From the IMG/VR virus record IMGVR_UViG_3300027917_000024, positions 1 through 64,000 of that record: a DNA stretch of 64,000 nt; one strand, written 5' to 3'. Below the pieces are notes generated by a model, which was not told the origin of the DNA, ran no database searches, and saw only the letters and a program-made list of their open reading frames with translations. Positions 37,515-47,519 of the stretch are shown piece after piece. Position numbers and translations under genes: made by a program. The DNA is from a virus. Each line of letters begins with the position of its first letter. The first letter of the stretch is position 1.

Positions 37515-40500
37515 AAGCCAAACTATTCTCGAAGACATTTATAGTTCTTTAAGATCACGAAGTACTGAATATAAAGTAGATAATGCTAATGAAAATCTTA
37601 TCTTAAAAACATGTCCGATATGTCAAGATACTGGAGATCATTTTTATTTAGGAATTGCGACAAAAAATTTAGGGCTATGGAATTGTTTTAAATGTAGACA
37701 AGGGGGAAGTTGGAATAAACTCAAAAGGCATATAGTAGGGGAAGAGGGTTGTTTTATTGATACTCCCTTTCATGCCAAGCCAAAGATTAATGTAGAACAA
37801 GGAGCATCCAAAACAGTAACGGCACATAACAGATTACTTTCTGATTCTGACACAATGAGTTGGCTATATAACAGGAACATTAAAATAGATTCAATACAAA
37901 AATACAAGCTAGGTGTAAAAACTATAGAGCATCCTAAATCAAAAGAAATAATAAAATACCTTACTATCCCGTTTATCTTCAAAGAGCAACTCGTAGACAT
38001 CAAATACCGTAGCCTACCCCCAGCGAAGAAATCCTTTTATCGAACTCCTGGTGGGATGAGTATACTATATAACTATGATAACATCGATCATTCTCTTAAC
38101 TACATTTATATATGTGAAGGGGAGTTAGATGCAATAAGTTTAGCTCAAGAAGGGGAATCTAATATCGTTTCTATTACAGTGGGAGCGAAATCTTTTATAC
38201 CAGAATGGTTTGACCTATTAAGAGAGTTCAAAATCATATATTTAGTTATGGATAATGATGCGGCGGGGCAGGAAGGCGCAAAGATTATTGCAAACAGATT
38301 AGGTAGGGATAGATGCTACAATATTCTTCTACCAAAAGAAGTAGATCCAAAAACAAAAAAGCCTAAAATAAAAGACCTCAATGATTATTTTAGATACCAC
38401 GACATTAGTGATTTTAAGACTTTAACCTTACGAGCCACCCAATTTACGATTGATACCATATACTCTATTGAAAATGTTATCAGCAATCTTGAATCTCAGT
38501 TCAAGGACAAAGGAGAACTCATTGAAGGGTTAGCTACGCCTTGGGAGAGCCTGAATAGTAAAATGGGACCAATTGCAAGGGGGGATTTGATCTATCTAAG
38601 TGGGAAGCCAAAGACTGGTAAGTGTGTTGAAAAGTCTACAAAGATATGTACTCATAAAGGATTAATAAGTATCGAAGAAATGTTTAGCTATTATGGTATT
38701 TCTCTAGATAATGATGAAAGAGTTGAAGATATCAGTAGTAAAAAAATATTTGTAGATACTAGCAATGGTAGGAGACAAATCACACATTTTACTATTAATG
38801 GGAGGAGAGAATTATTAGAAATCAGAACTAAGTTAGGACTATCAATTAAAGTAACCAAGAACCATCCACTTCGAGTAATGGGAATGACAGGAAAATTAAA
38901 GTGGGTAGCTGCTAAAGATCTCAGGGTCAAAGATAGATTGGTAGTTAGTAGATCTATAAGTGAAGGGGGAGCAGTAGATCTAATTACAAGAGAGGAAGCA
39001 AGATTCATTGGATACCTTATTGCTGACGGATGTTTATCTGTCTCCAATCGAATCCTATTTTCTAACTCAAATCAGGATGTAATAAACGACTACAAAAGCT
39101 GTGTTTATACTATAGATCAAGAATTAGAAGTGGAACATTATCCCCAAAAAAATTCGAATGGTGTTGAACAGCATATAAATTCCAAACGTTTCAGAGAATT
39201 CATTAGGTCTGCCTATACTTTAGATTATGTAAAAGCTGCCGATAAAGTGGTACCACTATTAATACGGACAAGTTCTAATATTATATGGAAGGAATTCTTG
39301 TCTGCGTATTTTGAATGCAAATCATATATTAATATCTCTCGTAATTGTATAGAAGTTACATCTTCCTCCAAGGAATTAATAGATACGATACAACTCATGT
39401 TACTCAGTTTGGGAATCGTGTCTCGACAGCGTATGAAAAAGGTTAAAGGGTATGACCAACCATATTATGAACTAGTACTACCTTTTGATGAAGCCATTAA
39501 ATTTATTCAGAGGATTGGATATATAAGTAAAGAGCAAAAAGATAAAATAGATATATTACTGCGAAATAGTAAAATTAAAAGAAATAAATCTAATGACACA
39601 GTACCATTCCAGAGAGAGCACTTTTTATACATTCAAGATAATTATTCTACTGATGGAGAATGGAACCATCTCGCAAATAAAATAGTTCGTGGAGTCAGAG
39701 ATCCATCACATGCATTATTAGAACGGATTATAAATTATATTGACCGTAGAGAATGGGACATACCAATATGTACATACTGGAAAAGTATTAGGAATATGTA
39801 TTTTGACTCGATAACATCAATCGAAAATATTGGTGAGAAAGAAACCTATGACATTGTGCAGCCAGAAACCAACGAATTTATTGGTAATGGTATAATTAAT
39901 CACAATACTACTCTTGCTCTTAATCTCTGTTATTATTTTTCTTACATTAAAAAAATACCATCCCTGCTATTTTGTTTAGAGATGCCACCAGAAAGATTAA
40001 CAGCAAAACTTATATGTCGCCATAGACTGGCTGCTCATAAGGAAATTGCTCTGGATGATATATATCTAACTCGTGCGGATTTTCTGGATCCCAACAACGG
40101 AGATGTACAGTTATACTTTGGCTATACTGCAGATCCACACTATTTAAATATAGATGCAATGTTTAAAGTGTTCGAAGTAGCAACAAGAAAGTATGGAATA
40201 GAATTTTTAGTATTTGATAACTTACAATTTTTAAGTAGGAATCTTGAACATACCGCTCAAGAAATTGCCATGATTAGTCGGCAATTCAAAATTATGGCAA
40301 TGAATTTCAACATACGAATCATGGTGGTGGTACAACCGAAAAGAATAAGCGAAGATGAGATTATGACTTCTGTTCATATGAAAGATTCTAGTGCTATGGA
40401 GGCGGATGCTGATTGTGTATTAATATGTCACAGAAAAAGTTTTGCAAAGGATATCTACACAGAGAAGGCAGATGATGAAACACTACTCAGTCCTATTATA

Positions 40501-40623
40501 ACACTTACAGTAGACAGAACCAGGTACGCACAAGGAGGATTTACAAGAATGTTTTTAGAGGGAGCAAAGAGCTACATAAGAGAAGCCACAGACAATGAGC
40601 TGGTACTAAATGGGAGCAGATAG
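37498..40623 (+). CDS. primase-helicase (Zn finger + TOPRIM + SF4 helicase) with intein
   Basis: CPIC...CFKC; ICEGELDA, MDNDAAG; GKPKTGK|TT; FDNLQF; KDSSAMEADAD. Confidence 0.92.
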   Translation: MQVQSKSQTILEDIYSSLRSRSTEYKVDNANENLILKTCPICQDTGDHFYLGIATKNLGLWNCFKCRQGGSWNKLKRHIVGEEGCFIDTPFHAKPKINVEQGASKTVTAHNRLLSDSDTMSWLYNRNIKIDSIQKYKLGVKTIEHPKSKEIIKYLTIPFIFKEQLVDIKYRSLPPAKKSFYRTPGGMSILYNYDNIDHSLNYIYICEGELDAISLAQEGESNIVSITVGAKSFIPEWFDLLREFKIIYLVMDNDAAGQEGAKIIANRLGRDRCYNILLPKEVDPKTKKPKIKDLNDYFRYHDISDFKTLTLRATQFTIDTIYSIENVISNLESQFKDKGELIEGLATPWESLNSKMGPIARGDLIYLSGKPKTGKCVEKSTKICTHKGLISIEEMFSYYGISLDNDERVEDISSKKIFVDTSNGRRQITHFTINGRRELLEIRTKLGLSIKVTKNHPLRVMGMTGKLKWVAAKDLRVKDRLVVSRSISEGGAVDLITREEARFIGYLIADGCLSVSNRILFSNSNQDVINDYKSCVYTIDQELEVEHYPQKNSNGVEQHINSKRFREFIRSAYTLDYVKAADKVVPLLIRTSSNIIWKEFLSAYFECKSYINISRNCIEVTSSSKELIDTIQLMLLSLGIVSRQRMKKVKGYDQPYYELVLPFDEAIKFIQRIGYISKEQKDKIDILLRNSKIKRNKSNDTVPFQREHFLYIQDNYSTDGEWNHLANKIVRGVRDPSHALLERIINYIDRREWDIPICTYWKSIRNMYFDSITSIENIGEKETYDIVQPETNEFIGNGIINHNTTLALNLCYYFSYIKKIPSLLFCLEMPPERLTAKLICRHRLAAHKEIALDDIYLTRADFLDPNNGDVQLYFGYTADPHYLNIDAMFKVFEVATRKYGIEFLVFDNLQFLSRNLEHTAQEIAMISRQFKIMAMNFNIRIMVVVQPKRISEDEIMTSVHMKDSSAMEADADCVLICHRKSFAKDIYTEKADDETLLSPIITLTVDRTRYAQGGFTRMFLEGAKSYIREATDNELVLNGSR
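38623..39906 (+). mobile_element. intein (428 aa) in the helicase P-loop
   Basis: CVEKST ... VTKNHP ... TYDI ... INHN|T; GYLIADG. Confidence 0.9.
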
Positions 40624-41176
40624 GATGGATCTTCATAGATTAGCACAACTAAATAATGCAATAGATAGTTATTTTACACTAGATGAGCTGAAATACATAA
40701 ACATAATGATACATAGCTACCAGAAACTAATCGATAAGGATCCTGCATATGAAACGGATGATTACATATCAGAACTCTTTCTCCTATTAGTTGAACTTAA
40801 AAGGAAAGGAGTACCTGATGAAGTTAGATCGAGGGCGAGATATTACTTACAATATTTAAAGACCTTGATGTTAGCAAGAGCACGAAGAACAAAAATAAGA
40901 AAAAAGATAGAAGAAGTCCTTCTCCAGTTACATTCTTCGAGTAGTAGTGGTAACAGGCATATAGATAATTTAAACTCTTTTGTTAAATTTCTTCTAAATG
41001 AAGGCGAGGATGAGCTGTTCTATATATTACTTATGACTATATCATCTGTTTTGAACGACAAGGAATCGAAGTTGGACAAATTGAATATATCTCGAATCTC
41101 TGCTGATCTGCCAATGCATTATCTAGAATATAGAAGACATATTGAAAAAATCAGGAGGCTTTATGAGCAAACGTAA
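40610..41176 (+). CDS. putative phage sigma70/ECF-like factor
   Basis: region 2-like DDYISELFLLLVE...YYLQYLKTLML; region 4-like LNISRISADLPMHYLEYRRHIEKIRRL. Confidence 0.45.
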   Translation: MGADRMDLHRLAQLNNAIDSYFTLDELKYINIMIHSYQKLIDKDPAYETDDYISELFLLLVELKRKGVPDEVRSRARYYLQYLKTLMLARARRTKIRKKIEEVLLQLHSSSSSGNRHIDNLNSFVKFLLNEGEDELFYILLMTISSVLNDKESKLDKLNISRISADLPMHYLEYRRHIEKIRRLYEQT

Positions 41177-41549
41177 ACTTGAAGATATGTTTGCAGAAAT
41201 TGATGAGCAAGAAGAAATCGAAAACATAGAAGAGCTAGTAAATGAGCTGTGGGATGTATACCACCGGTTCTCGGAATTATCGCACAGAGTCATGAGAGTA
41301 TTCAAAAGGTATATGCCAGGGAAGAATGAGCGTATCGGTTTGAGTAACTATATCCTCACACTCTTTGACAAGCATGAAAAACTGACTCGGCAGGATATCA
41401 TGGAGTATCTCATAATAGGTGATTTTGAATATACAATATCTTCAAAAAGTCTTACGGATAGCCTGTACTTTCTCTTAAAAACTAATAGGCTAATTCGGTA
41501 CAAAGATCCATCAACTGGAGAGCATTGTTATAAAAGGGGGAATGGATAA
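41163..41549 (+). CDS. putative winged-helix protein
   Basis: LTRQDIMEYL...ISSKSLTDSLYFLLKTNRLIR. Confidence 0.45.
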   Translation: MSKRKLEDMFAEIDEQEEIENIEELVNELWDVYHRFSELSHRVMRVFKRYMPGKNERIGLSNYILTLFDKHEKLTRQDIMEYLIIGDFEYTISSKSLTDSLYFLLKTNRLIRYKDPSTGEHCYKRGNG

Positions 41550-44422
41550 TGTCTGGTGTTTGTACTCTGTGTGGGCTATATAAAACTACAACGAATGTGA
41601 AAATCGATAGTGTTGTAGGTGAGATCAAGGCTACTGAGTGCAAAGAACCTATTGAGATAGCATTTATTGCGGAGGCCCCTGGAAAAGTCGAGGAGGAAAA
41701 AGGTATTCCTTTAGTGGGTCCTGCTGGAATGAACTTAGATACTGCTCTTAAATCGGCAGAAATTGATAGGTCTCGTGTGTTCGTTGGTAATATCTGCCGC
41801 TGCAAGCCTCCTAATAATCGAACCCCAAGCAGAACTGAGCAGCAGAAATGCTATCCCTATCTGTTAAAAGAGCTCAAAAAAGTCAAACCTAAAGTAATTG
41901 TGTGTTTAGGACTTGCAGCCACGAAGACTATTCTCAAAGACAGTACAATTAGGATGAAAGATGCACATGGTAGAGCATATAGTGGTAAACCTCTTTTAGG
42001 CTTTGACTGTATCATTGTCCCTACTTGGCATCCCAGTCCTACAACTTTCATAAATAACGAAGATCGGCGATTCCAGATGATGGCTGACATTCGTATAGCT
42101 AAAAGCCATTTAGAGGGTGAATCATTAAAGGATAAAAAGGACTGGCTTTCAATCACTGTTGCAAATTATGAGACTTGGCTCTTGGTTCTTCCAATACTCA
42201 AGAAGGCAACCCATTTTACCATCGACGTGGAAACAACTGGACTGAATGTTTTTGCTAAAAATGCGGAAATCACAAATTTTGGAATAACATCCCATGGTAA
42301 TTATGGTATTTCTGTTATTTGTAGAGAAGGAGATTGGATTAGAACAAACAAAGATGGAACTATCCACGACTATTTCAATGATTTTCTTACTGATCTCGAA
42401 GAGTTAATGGATACAATACCTACTGTTGCTCATAATATGTGCTTTGATGCCAAATACATGAAGAAAAAGTGGAACATCTGGCCAAAAAAATGGCTCTGGG
42501 ATACGATGCTGGGCCACTCAATTATTAGCCCAGGAGGTTCTGCCAAACTAAAGGACATAAGTTGGCAATATACTCCTAAGATGGGAGGGTATGAACATGA
42601 ATTGTTACAGGCTGGTGGGTTGGAGAAAGCAAATGCGTATGAGAGAGTAGATTACAATGTTGGTGATATCGTTTGTACGGATCGGATATATAATAGGCAA
42701 CTTGAGATCTTAGAAAAAGAGAAGAAGTTATTTCTTATGCAGAAGATTCTTATGCCAGCCGCTGAAATCTTCGCAGAGATGGAGTATATAGGAGTTGCTA
42801 TTGATGAATATGTTCTTAGAAACCTAGAGAAAGACTATGGAAAACGACTGTTAGATGAAAAAACAAAAATATATATGCACGGTACTATAATGCAATATAA
42901 CAGAACACACGGTGGCTTCAATCCCAGTTCAACAGATCAAGTTGGACAAGTGTTATTTGATAAGAAGTATTGTGGATTTACAGTCATAGACGTATCTGAC
43001 AAAACCGGAAAACCATCCTGCTCCAAAAAAGTTCTTGTTGAGTTACAGAGGAAATATAACAGTAAACTTGTAAGTATGATTCTAGACTACCGTGCGCTGT
43101 TAAAGCTTCATAGTACCTATCTCAAGGGAATGAAATCACAGCTAATCAATGGTCGGATACACACAAACTATCACCTAAACGTTGCGAGGTCAGGGCGTAC
43201 AAGCTCGTGTGTTGCGGAGGGAACTTTGGTAGATGTTGTACGAGATTTATCTAGGTATCCTAATGGTATTCCAATCGAAGATATACGCCCAGGAGATTAT
43301 GTATACTGTTATGATAATAAATGTAACCTAACAATCAGGAAAGTAAAATGGGCAGGAAGGACTGGAAGAGAGAAAGTATTAAAACTAAAATGGATTGGTG
43401 CTGGTAGAAAGTTTTCGGGAGAATTGAAAGTAACTCCTGAGCATAAAATCCGCCATTCTGATGGACATTATATAGAAGCAATAGATTGTAAAGGAATAAA
43501 TACTCTAGCACTTAGTAGAAGTTTGCGTAAATCTGGTAAAAGTAGGCTATTAATTTTAGATGTGTTAGATGAAGGAGAGATGGTCGATGTTTATAATCTT
43601 GAAGTAGAAGAGTTTCACAACTTTATTGCTAATGGTATCTGTATAAAAAATAGTGGACCCAACCTTCAAAATATACCCGAAGATAGTGATATAAAATCTA
43701 TGTTTATTCCAGATGTGGGATTTAGATTTATTGATTTGGATTATCGGCAGATGGAATTGGTTGTCTCTGCCTATTATACTGGTGATGAGGTTATGAAAAA
43801 GGCCATACTTTCTGGTGATGCTCATACATATATTGCAAAATTAATTTTTGGTATGGCAGAGGTAAGTGAAGATAATAGAAGGTTTGTAAAGACACTTAAT
43901 TTTGGGGTTCTCTATGGAATGGGAGCTGGGAAGTTAGCAGAATCACTTGGTATAGAGGAAGACGATGCAAGAAGGCACATAAAAGAATATTTTAATATTT
44001 TGAAGGCTACAAAAACTTGGATAGATAGAAGGCGGTGGCATGCTGAACATAAGGGATTTGTTACATCTAAATTTGGACGTATCAGGAAGTATAAAGCAAG
44101 GGAGGAAATTCTTCCAGGCGAGAAGGTTGAATATAACTCCGCTGTCAACCACCCTATACAATCACTAGCATCTGATCTTATGCTCTACGCTATGGTACAA
44201 TGGAAAAAGTATTTAGTAAAACGTGGTTTGTATCCACATGATGCTTACATGGCATTACAGGTACACGACTCTATTGTTAGTTGTGTCAAAGAGCAACTAG
44301 TTGAAGAACTCCTTCTGGCTAAAAAGAACGTATTTGAGTCAATCAAGTTCGAATTTATGACATTACCGTTATCAGTAGAACTAAAAACAGGCCATGATTG
44401 GGGTAACTTATCGAAAACATAG
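41549..44422 (+). CDS. polA: family A DNA polymerase with N-terminal family 4 UDG domain, 3'-5' exonuclease and mini-intein
   Basis: EAPG..EE..G.PLVGPAG, CKPPNNRTP, TWHPS; DVETTGL; SGRTSS|SGPNLQNIP; DYRQMEL; KTLNFGVLYG; QVHDS. Confidence 0.93.
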   Translation: MSGVCTLCGLYKTTTNVKIDSVVGEIKATECKEPIEIAFIAEAPGKVEEEKGIPLVGPAGMNLDTALKSAEIDRSRVFVGNICRCKPPNNRTPSRTEQQKCYPYLLKELKKVKPKVIVCLGLAATKTILKDSTIRMKDAHGRAYSGKPLLGFDCIIVPTWHPSPTTFINNEDRRFQMMADIRIAKSHLEGESLKDKKDWLSITVANYETWLLVLPILKKATHFTIDVETTGLNVFAKNAEITNFGITSHGNYGISVICREGDWIRTNKDGTIHDYFNDFLTDLEELMDTIPTVAHNMCFDAKYMKKKWNIWPKKWLWDTMLGHSIISPGGSAKLKDISWQYTPKMGGYEHELLQAGGLEKANAYERVDYNVGDIVCTDRIYNRQLEILEKEKKLFLMQKILMPAAEIFAEMEYIGVAIDEYVLRNLEKDYGKRLLDEKTKIYMHGTIMQYNRTHGGFNPSSTDQVGQVLFDKKYCGFTVIDVSDKTGKPSCSKKVLVELQRKYNSKLVSMILDYRALLKLHSTYLKGMKSQLINGRIHTNYHLNVARSGRTSSCVAEGTLVDVVRDLSRYPNGIPIEDIRPGDYVYCYDNKCNLTIRKVKWAGRTGREKVLKLKWIGAGRKFSGELKVTPEHKIRHSDGHYIEAIDCKGINTLALSRSLRKSGKSRLLILDVLDEGEMVDVYNLEVEEFHNFIANGICIKNSGPNLQNIPEDSDIKSMFIPDVGFRFIDLDYRQMELVVSAYYTGDEVMKKAILSGDAHTYIAKLIFGMAEVSEDNRRFVKTLNFGVLYGMGAGKLAESLGIEEDDARRHIKEYFNILKATKTWIDRRRWHAEHKGFVTSKFGRIRKYKAREEILPGEKVEYNSAVNHPIQSLASDLMLYAMVQWKKYLVKRGLYPHDAYMALQVHDSIVSCVKEQLVEELLLAKKNVFESIKFEFMTLPLSVELKTGHDWGNLSKT
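43208..43651 (+). mobile_element. mini-intein (148 aa) in the DNA polymerase
   Basis: CVAEGTLV ... VTPEHKI ... VYNLEVEEFHNFIANGICIKN|S; no endonuclease motifs. Confidence 0.88.
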
Positions 44423-44432
44423 GATAAAAAAT

Positions 44433-44480
44433 TTCAACTTTTTTTGATAAAAACACCATTCTCATGCATCTTTAATAATA
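44433..44480 (+). promoter_or_regulatory. candidate phage-specific bipartite promoter (second copy)
   Basis: TTCAACTTTT-N18-CTCATGCATCTTT then GAGGAGG RBS. Confidence 0.55.
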
Positions 44481-44495
44481 GAGGAGGAAAAAGAC

Positions 44496-44684
44496 ATGGC
44501 ACAAAAAGTGGAAGACATTACTGGTACAAGTATTTCATTCAGAATTACTTATGAGCAAAAACAAAAATTACTGAAGATTGCAGAGGAAGTGGAAAAGGGA
44601 TGTGGAACTCCAGCAACTCTTACAGACATTATCAAGACTGCAGTGAAACAGACCTGGGGAATCGATTTATATAAGGAGAAATAA
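44496..44684 (+). CDS. ribbon-helix-helix-like small protein
   Basis: SISFRIT.EQKQKL.....TLTDIIKTAV. Confidence 0.5.
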   Translation: MAQKVEDITGTSISFRITYEQKQKLLKIAEEVEKGCGTPATLTDIIKTAVKQTWGIDLYKEK

Positions 44685-44685
44685 G

Positions 44686-45078
44686 ATGGGAGATCTAGAA
44701 CTTGATCTTTCGATTGCGGCGAACAATACCCCACTACTTCTTGAGCAACTACAAAAGTCTCCTCATATTTATTGGCAGTTTGCAATGAAATATGAAGAAG
44801 CGAAGCGAGCAGTGGCCAATCAAAAGCTGGAGATAAAGGTACGGGAAGCAACACTTTCAAGGAATCTAAGAGACGAAAAAGGAAAAGCACTATCTGATGC
44901 AAAGATAGAGAGAATGCTTTTTACTTTTGATGAGTATTGTTCGTTACATGAGGAACTGAACAAGAGAAAGGAGATTGAAGGGAAGTGTAGTGCTATTGTA
45001 AGGGCTCTTGAGCAGAGACACCACATTATGACAACCGTGGCCTCACTCATTAAACACGAACTCAGACAAAGTATTTAG
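44686..45078 (+). CDS. helical protein, UvsY-like recombination mediator candidate
   Basis: coiled-coil, LSDAKIE..L....EY pattern; upstream of SSB and RecA. Confidence 0.45.
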   Translation: MGDLELDLSIAANNTPLLLEQLQKSPHIYWQFAMKYEEAKRAVANQKLEIKVREATLSRNLRDEKGKALSDAKIERMLFTFDEYCSLHEELNKRKEIEGKCSAIVRALEQRHHIMTTVASLIKHELRQSI

Positions 45079-45171
45079 AAAGGAGGATTCTACGCAAAAT
45101 TAATTCAAAACCAATAAAAATTCAAAACAAGCAACAAGCAAGTACCGCAAAAAGCAAAAAGGAGATTAAAA

Positions 45172-46155
45172 ATGGACAAATTCGATGTCAACTTAGATGC
45201 TAATGTAAGAAAGAGACTATTCTTCGGCAAGGTATGTGAAGCTCAAAAGGGTGGAGATTGCCAAGAGTGTGCTAAGGCAAGTGATCTATTTCGTCAATCA
45301 AGAGCACAATCAGATCAAGGAAAAAAGAAAGAACTAGAAGATCAAGCCAGAGGTCTCTATGCCAAGAGCCGCATCTTTATCAATGCCATTAATGTGAGGG
45401 ACGAGGACAAAACATATCCTGTTCGTATCTATGCAATACCTCCTCTTGTCTATGATGAGGTAATCAGTGTAATCAGAGGTGCGAGGCAACTTGATCCGCA
45501 AAAGAATGTTTTTCATCCATTAACTGGCCATAATATACTCATCACAAAAAGAGGAAGTGGAATCCTCACACGATATTCCACACAGCTAGACCAAAATCCA
45601 AGTAAGATTCCAAACGAGGAATTACTTGCACAACTTCAGGGGGGAGATCGTAGTGGTCTACACAATCTTAATATGGTTGAGGAGTTTATCAATGACAATT
45701 ATTTACACATCACCACCCTCAATAATGACCAGAATCTGATAAGGCTTCTTCCTCCGTTTGAAGATCAGACCATTTACAAAGAGATTAAATTCCATAGATT
45801 CACTATAGGTTCTTACAGGAGCATTAGTGATGGAAATAGTGGAAGTAGAGTTCCTGATCCAAAAGAATCAGGTCATAGTTTAGATGGTCCTAGTTTTGAT
45901 GACCAAGGTATGCAGGACGAATTTGATCCATCTGCTCTCGAAGATATTCAAGAATTTACTCCTGATACCAATCCAGCACAAGCAGAACCCGTCCCTGTTA
46001 AAACTGAAGCACTACCACAAACCTCTAATGATTCAGTAGTTAATGCTTTAAAGGAGGAAATTAAGAAAATCGAGGCGGGTGCTGGGAAGGAGGAAACAGA
46101 GAGGATTTTGGAACGGCTCAAAGAGATTAAGAGTGAAGCTATAGGAAGTACCTAG
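45172..46155 (+). CDS. single-stranded DNA-binding protein (gp32-like)
   Basis: C.......CQEC Zn site, LYAKSRIFINAI, FHPLTGHNILITKRGSG..TRY, acidic C-terminal part. Confidence 0.7.
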   Translation: MDKFDVNLDANVRKRLFFGKVCEAQKGGDCQECAKASDLFRQSRAQSDQGKKKELEDQARGLYAKSRIFINAINVRDEDKTYPVRIYAIPPLVYDEVISVIRGARQLDPQKNVFHPLTGHNILITKRGSGILTRYSTQLDQNPSKIPNEELLAQLQGGDRSGLHNLNMVEEFINDNYLHITTLNNDQNLIRLLPPFEDQTIYKEIKFHRFTIGSYRSISDGNSGSRVPDPKESGHSLDGPSFDDQGMQDEFDPSALEDIQEFTPDTNPAQAEPVPVKTEALPQTSNDSVVNALKEEIKKIEAGAGKEETERILERLKEIKSEAIGST

Positions 46156-46156
46156 T

Positions 46157-46540
46157 ATGGATCTGCTTGGGCGAGATAAATTATATGCTACGGAATGGGT
46201 TGAGCGAACATTTGAATATGTTCGCTCAGCCAGGACCGTATTGAGAGAGACAGGAGAACTTTCATTCATCTTAACATTTCAGCCGAGAGATTTTGAGCCT
46301 AGAAAGGACCTCGATGATATTATTGCTATTTCTGAATCAGTGATGATTTATGATATTAACTTGTATATTGACTCATACTATTTCATTTACCAAGTTGGAG
46401 AAGAGACAACACATAAAGTTGGTCATATCTACACAGAGGATCTTTTAGCATATAATCGGAAGCTAATAACTTTTGAGCAAGTAATGGAGAAATTAGAATA
46501 CACCAGCCTACTTGAAACCGATGATAAAGATAGATCCTAA
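46157..46540 (+). CDS. hypothetical protein
   Basis: operon packing. Confidence 0.5.
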   Translation: MDLLGRDKLYATEWVERTFEYVRSARTVLRETGELSFILTFQPRDFEPRKDLDDIIAISESVMIYDINLYIDSYYFIYQVGEETTHKVGHIYTEDLLAYNRKLITFEQVMEKLEYTSLLETDDKDRS

Positions 46541-46853
46541 TCTTGAGTCAGCTTGGGAGTTGATGATAGAAAATCAAGATGTTTTTAGTGAGAAGGATTT
46601 AATAGTACTTCTTGAAGGACATCTTAATTATGATGTGGCAATAGGACTACGAGGTATAGATGCAATCCCGCCGTGCTATCAGTATGCTCCGTGTATAGAT
46701 TGTGTATATGTAAATTTTTGTAGGAATCAAGAACGACGGCTTCAAGGAGGATTAAGTGATGCAAGTAGACGAATCGATGAAGACAGTTACCGCAAACAAC
46801 TGCTTAAAGATCTCGGTAGAATTCTCTCTGACAGTGAATCTTGGGAATTTTAA
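46512..46853 (+). CDS. hypothetical Cys-containing protein
   Basis: PPC....PCIDC.....C. Confidence 0.45.
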   Translation: MKPMIKIDPNLESAWELMIENQDVFSEKDLIVLLEGHLNYDVAIGLRGIDAIPPCYQYAPCIDCVYVNFCRNQERRLQGGLSDASRRIDEDSYRKQLLKDLGRILSDSESWEF

Positions 46854-47022
46854 TAGTGCCAAACTGGGATGCTCGATGGAAGATATTATTGAGAATGAGG
46901 ACGAATTCGAGATCAAGTTCGATCATATATACAAAAAGTTAAGGCGTAAAGTTGTAAATGAACTTGCTGATATTAATAAAGAATATATTGCTGGGAAAAA
47001 GGATCGGGGGATTGCTGGATGA
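46756..47022 (+). CDS. phage hypothetical protein
   Basis: TVNLGNFNSAK motif. Confidence 0.55.
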   Translation: MMQVDESMKTVTANNCLKISVEFSLTVNLGNFNSAKLGCSMEDIIENEDEFEIKFDHIYKKLRRKVVNELADINKEYIAGKKDRGIAG

Positions 47023-47519
47023 ATAAGAATCAAAAGCTGAGAAATATTATTGAATATGGTGGTGATGATGTAGAAGTTACTAGAATAACAAATACTCTCT
47101 ACAGGGTTGGATACTGTAGCCGATGTGGGAGCTGTTGTAAGAATATCGATATAAGTAGCCGAGTGAGTGAATATGTTATTGAATGGTTAAAGGGATATGG
47201 TGTTGGTGTGCAGGTAAAGGATAATATTTTTGAGAGTCCAGATGAGCGGTCCAAATATGAGTATTCCGCAACCCTTAGTTTTCCTATTACGTGCAAACAC
47301 CTAGACGAGGTACGGGCAGAAGTCGACAAAAAAGCGACCTGTCTATGTACATGTAAAAGATATAAGGATCGACCAGCAGTATGTAAATTATATCCAAGAA
47401 AAACGTCTAAATGGCCAACGTGTACATATGTATTTCTAGATGATGACAACATGAAATGGTTCGTAAGCGAGTGGGAGAAAAAACATGGCAAAGAGAAAAA
47501 AATCAAGTTCGTCTCTTGA
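47019..47519 (+). CDS. YkgJ-like Fe-S/Zn-chelating protein
   Basis: CSRCGSCC ... CKHL ... C.RYKDRPAVCKLYP. Confidence 0.75.
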   Translation: MNKNQKLRNIIEYGGDDVEVTRITNTLYRVGYCSRCGSCCKNIDISSRVSEYVIEWLKGYGVGVQVKDNIFESPDERSKYEYSATLSFPITCKHLDEVRAEVDKKATCLCTCKRYKDRPAVCKLYPRKTSKWPTCTYVFLDDDNMKWFVSEWEKKHGKEKKIKFVS

